The position numbers were made by a program, and so were the translations under genes. From positions 22,568,001 to 22,632,000 of the forward strand of contig OZ024757.1 of the NCBI GenBank assembly GCA_964016885.1: a stretch of 64,000 bases of DNA, in the 5' to 3' direction. The stretch's first letter is position 1. Each line of letters opens with the position of its first letter. This document shows, piece after piece, positions 55,421 to 64,000 of the stretch. The notes beneath the pieces were generated by a model, which made no database searches, was not told the DNA's origin, and saw only the letters and a list, made by a program, of their open reading frames with translations. This DNA comes from Eledone cirrhosa (lineage: Eukaryota).

Positions 55421-56584
55421 CAGCAGCAGCAGCAGTAGTAGTAGTATATGTTCCAATAACCAATAACAAAAGAATTATACAAGATTATAAATAAGATTCA
55501 TAAAGACAAATGACTTTAATATTGTCAGTTGTATAGTGAAGACTTTTATAACATTACATAACATATTACACCACAACACACCACACCACACTGCACCACA
55601 CTACATCACAACACAACACAATACACCACACCACACAGCATTGCACAACACCAGACTGCACCACACCACACTGCACTACACAGCACTGCACAACACCACA
55701 CCACTCCACACTACACTACACTGCACCACACTACATCACAACACACCACAATACACCACACCACACTGCACCACACAGCACTGCACCACACTACACTGCA
55801 CTACACAGCACAACACCACACTGGACCACTCCACACTACACTACACTGCACTACACCACACCACACTGCATTATACTACAATACACCACACCACACTGCA
55901 CTACACAGCACTGCACAACACCACACTGCACCACTCCACACTACACTGCACCACACCACACCACACTGCATTACACTACAATACACCACACCACACTGCA
56001 CTACACAGCTCTGCACAACACCACAACACACCACACTGCATTACACCACAACACACCACACTACAATACACCACACCACACTACACCACAATACACAATA
56101 CAACACACTGCACTAGATAGCACTGCACAACACCACACTGCACCACACCACACTGCACAACACCACACTGGACCACTCCACACTACACTACACTACACTG
56201 CACTACACCACACCACACTGCATTATACTACAATACACCACACCACACTGCACTACACAGCACAACACCACACTGCACCACTCCACACTACACTACACTG
56301 CACAACACCACAACACACCACCACACAACACACCACACACCACCACACCACACACAACACCACCACACCACACACCACACCACAACACACAACAGATCTT
56401 CAAAGATGTCTTCTTAGATATTGAAAAACAAAGGAAATATTTCATCTAATTCAGAGGTTCAGTGCTGTGTTAGTTATTACTACTGGTCATTGTAAATATC
56501 AGCAGAATCATCATTGGGGGTCATCATCATCATCGTTGTAATCATCGTTGTAATCATCATCATCATCATCATCATCATCGTTGT

Positions 56585-56615
<31 letters not shown>

Positions 56616-56620
56616 GTTGT

Positions 56621-56651
<31 letters not shown>

Positions 56652-57016
56652 GTCGTTGTAATCATCATCATCATCGTTGTAATCATCATCATCATCATCA
56701 TCATCGTTGTAATCATCATCATCATCATCATCGTTGTAATCATCATCATCATCATCATCATCATCGTTGTAATCATCATCATCATCATCATCGTTGTAAT
56801 CATCATCATCATCATCATCATCGTTGTAGTCATTATTACAATCAATATAGTCATCATCATCATCATCATCATCGTTGTAATCATCATCATCATCATCATC
56901 GTTGTAGTCATTATTACAATCAATATAGTCATCATCATCCTCATCATCATCATCATCATCATCATCACATGCATCACAGTCATCTTAATTATCATCATTA
57001 TAGTCATCAAGGCGAT

Positions 57017-57640
57017 GGATTGGCAGTATCGGTAGAGGGTCGGATGCCATGCTTTGACGCATAGAGTTACGGCCCTTGCCATTCTGAGTTCAAATCCCGC
57101 CGAGGTTAACTTTGCCTTTCATCCTTACGGGGTCGATAAAATAAAGTACCAGTAATACACTGGGTAATTGCTGGCCTTGTGCCTAAAGTAGAAACAATTA
57201 TAGTCATCATTTTATTTATCAAAGGGCAGTTTATTGGCAATATCGGTAGAGTGTTGAACACCATGCTTTGCAGCATAGAGTTACGGCCCTTTGCGGTCTG
57301 AGTTCAAATCCCGCCAAGGTTAACTTTGCCTTTCATCCTTACGGGGGTCGATAAAATAAAGTACCAGTAATACACTGGGTAATTGCTGGCCTTGTGCCAA
57401 AAAACGTAGAAACAATTATAGTCATCATTTTATTTATCAAAGGGCAGTTTATTGGCAATATCGGTAGAGTGTTGAACACCATGCTTTGCAGCATAGAGTT
57501 ACGGCCCTTTGCGGTCTGAGTTCAAATCTTACTGAGGTTAACTTTGCCTTTCATCCTTACGGGTCGATAGAAATAAAGTACCAGTAATGCACTGGGGTAA
57601 TTGTTGGCCTTGTGCCAAGAAGTAGCAACAATTATTATCA
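57017..57640 (+). mobile_element. Three consecutive Meta-type SINEs; second and third from a tandem duplication
   Basis: The spacer TAGTCATCATTTTATTTATCAAAGGGCAGTTTA precedes both the second and third copies. Confidence 0.85.
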
Positions 57641-57695
57641 TCATCATCATCATCATTATTATAATCATTGTGGATTCGCTTTGTACTTAGGCAAG

Positions 57696-58110
57696 ACAGA
57701 AGACCCGCCTTGCCTAAGTGTAAAGCGAAACCTACAGTCAGTAGGCACCTCTTAACCAAACATACACCCCCGTCCCACTATCCCTACCGCCATCTACACC
57801 ACCCCCTTTCGATGTAAAGTTATGTTGGTACCACAACATCCAGTCCGAAACAAATGAGGTCGTGTAGGTGTCACGACAAAAAAAAAACACACAGTCACGG
57901 TGTAATGTGGCCGTGTAGGTAACACGGTAAAAACCTCCCAGCCCCACACTGTAAATGTGGTTGGTGTTAGGAAGAGCATCCAGCCGTAGACAACCTGCCA
58001 GACAGTCCTATACGAGCGAGACAACCAATCTTGCCTCAAGTGGGAAAATTCCCGTCTAAACCCATGCTAGCGTGGAAGATGGACGTTAAACGATGATGAT
58101 GATGATGATA
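57696..58110 (+). mobile_element. RTE LINE 3' UTR copy with 5' fold-back
   Basis: Homologous to the reverse complement of 52477-52995, with a (GAT)n tail. Confidence 0.8.
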
Positions 58111-58113
58111 ATG

Positions 58114-58302
58114 ATTGTCAGTATCGGTAGAGAGTCGGACGCCATGCTTTGACGCATGGAGTTACGGCCCTTGCCATTCTGAGTTCAAATCCCGCCGAGG
58201 TCAACTTTGCCTTTCATCCTTACGGGGGTCGATGAAATAAAGTACCAGTAATGCACTGGGATAATTGCTGGCCTTGTGCCGAAAAGTAGAAACAATTATT
58301 AT
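58114..58302 (+). mobile_element. Meta-type SINE, near full length
   Basis: Head, B box, Meta-like domain and tail. Confidence 0.85.
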
Positions 58303-58490
58303 AATCATTGTAGTCATGGATGGGTCTATATAGACCAAGTCAGTGATGAAGCAGTGGCTACTGACCTACCAGACAAGCCTAGGATCTATCCTCTAACATG
58401 TGTACCGTTTCACATTCTACTATGTGCACAGTGGAGGTTGTCAAGTCTCTGACACAACGGAGGGTCCTCTTCCCAACCTTTTGGTTGGTA

Positions 58491-59250
58491 AGCTTTCTAC
58501 TGCTGGATGCCCTTCCTATCACCAACCATTTTACAGGATGTACTGAGTGCTTTTACTGTGTAGGTCACCAGCAATAAGGAGAGTGTCATGTTGTTGACAT
58601 GACTGAAGGGTCCTCCTGACCCATTGTTAGGCAAGCTTTCTACTGCTGGATGCCCTTCCTATCACCAACCATTTTACAGGATGTACTGAGTGATTTTACT
58701 GTGTAGGTCACCAGCAATAAGGAGAGTGTCATGTTGTTGACATGACTGAAGGGTCCTCCTGACCCATTGTTAGGCAAGCTTTCTACTGCTGGATGCCCTT
58801 CCTATCACCAACCATTTTACAGGATGTACTGAGTGATTTTACTGTGTAGGTCACCAGCAATAAGGAGAGTGTCATGTTGTTGACATGACTGAAGGGTCCT
58901 CCTGACCCATTGTTAGGCAAGCTTTCTACTGCTGGATGCCCTTCCTATCACCAACCATTTTACAGGATGTACTGAGTGATTTTACTGTGTAGGTCACCAG
59001 CAATAAGGAGAGTGTCATGTTGTTGACATGACTGAAGGGTCCTCCTGACCCATTGTTAGGCAAGCTTTCTACTGCTGGATGCCCTTCCTATCACCAACCA
59101 TTTTACAGGATGTACTGAGTGATTTTACTGTGTAGGTCACCAGCAATAAGGAGAGTGTCATGTTGTTGACATGACTGAAGGGTCCTCCTGACCCATTGTT
59201 AGGCAAACTTTCTACTGCTGGATGCCCTTCCTATCACCAACCACTTTACA
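58491..59250. repeat. 143-bp tandem repeat (about 5.3 copies) derived from an RTE-type 3' UTR
   Basis: A(G/A)CTTTCTACTGCTGGATGCCCTTCC at 58491, 58634, 58777, 58920, 59063 and 59206. Confidence 0.92.
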
Positions 59251-59570
59251 GCCTGTGCTGGGTGTATTTATCATGTAGATCAGCAGTTGCCAACTCGTGG
59301 GCCATGGACCACTTGTGGTCTGAAAGAAAATCTTGGTGGCAATTTTTATGTTTTATTTATAATAAAACAAAAATAATATTCGGTTAAAATATATTTTAAT
59401 ATTATTTGCAATTTTTATATTATTTTTATATAATTTTGACATTATTTGCAATTTTTATATTTTATTAATAATAAAACAAAAATAATATTCGGTTAAAATA
59501 TATTTTATAAAACCCCTAAAAATTGTTTCTCCTCTGTAAAGAACTAACATCCATGAAAATATGTTACAGA

Positions 59571-61045
59571 CATGTATCATCTATCAACAATGACACACGT
59601 ATGCTTCAGTATTATTTAATAAAATGGAAGATCCCTGGTCATTATTTTACATACATGTATCATCTATCGACAATGACACACGTACGCTTCAGTAGTATTT
59701 AATAATATGGAAGATCTCTGGACATTATTTTACACACATGTATCATCTATCGACAATGACGCACGTATACTTCAGTATTATTTAATAATATGGAAGATCC
59801 CTGGTCATTATTTTACACACATGTATCATCTATCGACAATGACACACGTATGCTTCAGTATTATTTAATAATATGGAAGATCCCTGGTCATTATTTTACA
59901 CACATGTATCATCTATCGACAATGACACACGTATACTTCAGTATTATTTAATAATATGGAAGATCTCTGGTCATTATTTTACACACATGTATCATCTATC
60001 GACAATGACACACGAACACTTCAGTATTATTTAATAATATGGAAGATCTCTGGTCATTATTTTACACACATGTATCATCTATCGACAATGACACACGTAT
60101 GCTTCAGTATTATTTAATAATATGGAAGATCTCTGGTCATTATTTTACACACATGTATCATCTATCGACAATGACACACGTATGCTTCAGTATTATTTAA
60201 TAAAATGGAAGATCCCTGGTCATTATTTTACACACATGTATCATCTATCGACAATGACACACGAACACTTCAGTATTATTTAATAATATGGAAGATCCCT
60301 GGTCATTATTTTACACACATGTATCATCTAACGACAATGACACGCGTACGCTTCAGTATTGTTTAATAATATGGAAGATCTCTGGTCATTATTTTACACA
60401 CATGTATCATCTATCGACAATGACGCATGTACACTTCAGTAGTATTTAATAATATGGAAGATCTCTGGTCATTATTTTACACACATGTATCATCTATGGA
60501 CAATGACACACGTATGCTTCAGTATTATAATATAATAATAATAATAATGAAATTATTGTGTACAGTGCTCAGGTGCACTACAACTCATCAAAGGTGCATG
60601 TATAGTACATAGAATAATGTACAAATGTCAGGAAAATGAACAGTGTACGAGTCATGATATAATAACAATAACAATAATGAAATATTGTGTACAGTGCCCA
60701 GGTGCACCACAACTCATCAAAAAAGTGCATGTACAGTACATAGGGCAATGCACAAACATCAGTAAAATGAACAGTGCACGAGTCATGATACACACGTGTG
60801 CATGTGCATGGAAGGGGTACATCAGGTGTAGTTTTGGCGTATTTCGGTAAGCATGAGTGTCTTAAAGGATGCAGTGTCTCGGCAGCTAACAATTGACGCA
60901 GGCAGTTTGTTCCATGCTTCAGCAACTCTGAGCGTGAAAAAATAATATGGAAGATCTCTGGTCATTATTTTACACACATGTATCATCTATCGACAATGAC
61001 ACACGTACACTTCAGTATTGCTTAATAAAATGGAAGTTCTCTGAT
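59571..61045. repeat. 83-bp tandem repeat, about 13 copies, interrupted by CR1
   Basis: CATGTATCATCTA at 59571, 59654, 59737 ... 60484, resuming after 60941. Confidence 0.95.
60532..60941 (-). mobile_element. CR1-like LINE 3' end with duplicated 3' UTR segment
   Basis: Minus frame FFTLRVAEAWNKLPASIVSCRDTASFK (CR1/L2-type C-terminal W-N-x-L-P motif) and (ATT)n tail. Confidence 0.8.
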
Positions 61046-61724
61046 CATAATTCATATTAGTGGTCCACAGGATTAAAAAATTATCAATTTAGTGGTCTGT
61101 GATGTCCGAAAGGTTGGCGACCACTGACATAGACCATCAAATGCTAGGGAGGCTGTCATGTCTTGATACGACTGAAGGGTCCTCCCACCCCTTACAATTG
61201 TTATACTAAAGTAAAATTCTATTTATATTTACACAAGAAATAATAGTATTTATTCTCCATGTGCTTTACAATAATGAATTTAAACAACTCCAAATATCTA
61301 AAAACATTTCTATAAGATATTCCTCAAACTAAAGGAGATGAAGTCTGATGCAACATTTAAAATGCCACTGCAACTTAAACTTGTCAAACCAGACATATAT
61401 ACCATATTGATGGTGCTATCATACCCCCCAGAGGCAGACTGTCACTTGACAGAACAAATATTGTTTGATTTCCTCAGTGGATCAGCTTTCATTTCTATAA
61501 TGTTTTCAGCTGTCAACAAGGGAGATCATCTTTTTTGTTTTGTTTCGTTTTTTTTTTTAAATGTTTTATTCACGAATATCAAAACTACCCCACCCCTACC
61601 CTATGAACTTTCCAGAGAATTTGAGAAGAGATGAGCTAACGAAAGTAGTCTTTATGTGGTCACTTAATTTGTTAAAAATAGCAGCCAAATTCGCTCAAAT
61701 CACACACTACTGTTTTAAAGGAAA

Positions 61725-62112
61725 GGATACATGGCTTAGTGGTTAGAGCATTGGCCTTGCAATCGAAAGGTTCAATTCTCAGAGCGGGTGATGTGTTGTT
61801 TCCTTGAGCAAGACACTTTATTTTACATTGCTCCAGTTTAGTCAGCTGTAGCAATGAGATGATAGGGTCTGGGGTCCCTATCATTCCACTGCAAAGTGGT
61901 CGTGGAGGTGCCACGGCACAAAAGCACCCAGCACTCACTGTAAATGAGGTTGGTGTTAGGAAGAGCATCCAGCTGTAGAAATCAAGCCAGAATCAGTTCC
62001 CGTATGAGCAAGACAAGGTCGGCTGATAGGACACTGCCCACAACAGGACAACCCGTCTAACCCATGCTAGCGTGGAAGAACGGACATAAAACGGTGATGA
62101 TGATGATGATGA
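61725..62112 (+). mobile_element. CORE-type SINE, long-tail variant
   Basis: Same head and core as 11102-11450, but the tail retains the RTE UTR segment TATGAGCAAG...GGACAACCCGTCTAACCCATGCTAG. Confidence 0.85.
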
Positions 62113-62344
62113 TATAAACCCCTCACAGGACATACAAGTTATAATAAACACTATAGAAAAGAGCCAGGAGGGAGGCAAATCAATCTTTCTTTAGGGGGAA
62201 TAGAGTTTAATTGAAAGTATCTTATATTTCCACTTCTAGTAAGGACTGTAGTGTTGATCCTACTAATATCAAATATCCTGCTGGATTACTATTATCTATC
62301 ACATGCATTGTAAACATACTTCACTGACCTATATGTTGGAAGAC

Positions 62345-62415
<71 letters not shown>

Positions 62416-62449
62416 AATATGTATGTATATATTTATATATACATATATG

Positions 62450-62483
<34 letters not shown>

Positions 62484-62537
62484 CATATATATATTTATAA
62501 ATATGTATGTATATATTTATATATACATATATGTATA

Positions 62538-62570
<33 letters not shown>

Positions 62571-62658
62571 TTATACATATATGTATATATATAGCTACAT
62601 ATATATATATATCTACATATATGTATATATATATATATCTACATATATGTATATATAT

Positions 62659-62689
<31 letters not shown>

Positions 62690-63019
62690 CATATATGTAT
62701 ATATATATGTACATATATATATGTGTATATATATTTATACATATATACATATATGTATATATATATATTTATACATATATACATATATGTATATATATAT
62801 ATTTATACATATGTATATATATATCTACATATATATATATACATATATGTATATACATATATGTATATATATATCTACATATATATGTATATACATATAT
62901 GTATATATACATGTATATATATATATACATATATGTATATATATACATATATGTATATATATATGTATATATATATGTATATATATATATATATATATGT
63001 ATGTATATATATATATATG

Positions 63020-63072
<53 letters not shown>

Positions 63073-63184
63073 CATGACATACATACATACACATACACTC
63101 ATATATCATAAAACAGTGGGTGATGTATGATGCTGATTTTAACATGATAAAAATATCTATCTACATACACACACCCACACATAC

Positions 63185-63215
<31 letters not shown>

Positions 63216-63527
63216 GTATATATATGCATGCACATACACATACACATACATACATATATATATATATATATAGTATATATATGTATGCACATACATAAAA
63301 AAGTGGTAAAAATCCTCTTTTGGATCATTTCCCTATTTGCTAAGATTTTCGATCTATTTGGAACTGGATTCTAAGCTGGATGTTCCATTTCTCCTGAGAA
63401 TTGGATCATAAAAAGCTGCAAAGTTAATATAACTGACCAAAGACAAGATAGCAGCATATCAGATGATGTCTTTATGTCTTTGTTGTTATGTTGCTTTTTT
63501 TTTGGGGGGGGGGGGGGGATAATTATA

Positions 63528-63995
63528 AAACAACAATAGCAACAACAACAACTACAACAACAGCAGTAACAACAACAGCATTAACAATAACAGTAACAAC
63601 AGCAGTAACAACAACAGTAACAACAGCAGTAACAACAGCAGTAACAACAGCAGCAGTAACAACAGCAGTAACAACAACAACAGCAGTAACAACAACAGCA
63701 GTAACAACAGCAGTAACAACAACAGTAACAACAACAGCAGTAACAACAGCAGTAAACCAGTAACAACAGCAGTAACAACAACAGCAGTAACAACAGCAGT
63801 AACAACAACAGCAGTAACAACAGCAGTAACAACAACAGCAGTAACAACAGCAGTAACAACAACAGTAACAACAACAGCAGTAACAACAGCAGTAAACCAG
63901 TAACAACAGCAGTAACAACAGCAGTAACAACAACAACAACAACAACAACAGTAATAACAACAACACTATCATCACCATCGACAACAACAGCCTCA
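63528..63995. repeat. AAC/AGC/AGT trinucleotide-derived minisatellite
   Basis: Seen directly. Confidence 0.95.
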
Positions 63996-64000
63996 GCACT

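Larger units (their letters stand above)
59281..61126. mobile_element. hAT (Charlie-like) non-autonomous element containing an 83-bp array and a nested CR1
   Basis: Termini CAGCAGTTGCCAAC ... GTTGGCGACCACTG; 8-bp flanks ATGTAGAT and ACATAGAC. Confidence 0.65.

Noticed and set aside
61338-61634. 98-aa ATG ORF in unique sequence with clustered TGACAG motifs
   Set aside because: No recognisable homology or splice structure; a few hexamer matches are insufficient to call an enhancer.

Overview
This is repeat-dominated eukaryotic DNA, not prokaryotic. The SINE/LINE complement and extreme microsatellite density most resemble an octopod cephalopod (inference). Nearly all long ORFs in the supplied track are translations of simple repeats. 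The only credible host coding signal is one minus-strand, polyQ-rich first coding exon (20985->20674, with an upstream in-frame stop and a CAG|GTAAGA donor); everything to its left would be a very large intron. The rest comprises tRNA-derived CORE-type and Meta-type SINEs, fragments of RTE, CR1, Tx1-like and R4/Dong-like LINEs, Penelope-like terminal repeats with minimal type I hammerhead ribozyme motifs, hAT- and piggyBac-like MITEs, a Helitron-like fragment, and many mini/microsatellites. Most notable: (1) four hammerhead copies whose stem II sequences differ but still pair; (2) a six-copy tandem array of a hammerhead-like unit spaced by (TA)n; (3) a TSD-flanked chimeric SINE at 41.1-41.45 kb carrying a locus-specific junction also found at 7.9-8.16 kb; (4) an RTE LINE with twin-priming-like 5' inversion geometry; (5) many fold-back palindromes, up to about 1.5 kb. 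Family assignments come from recognised motifs, not database searches.
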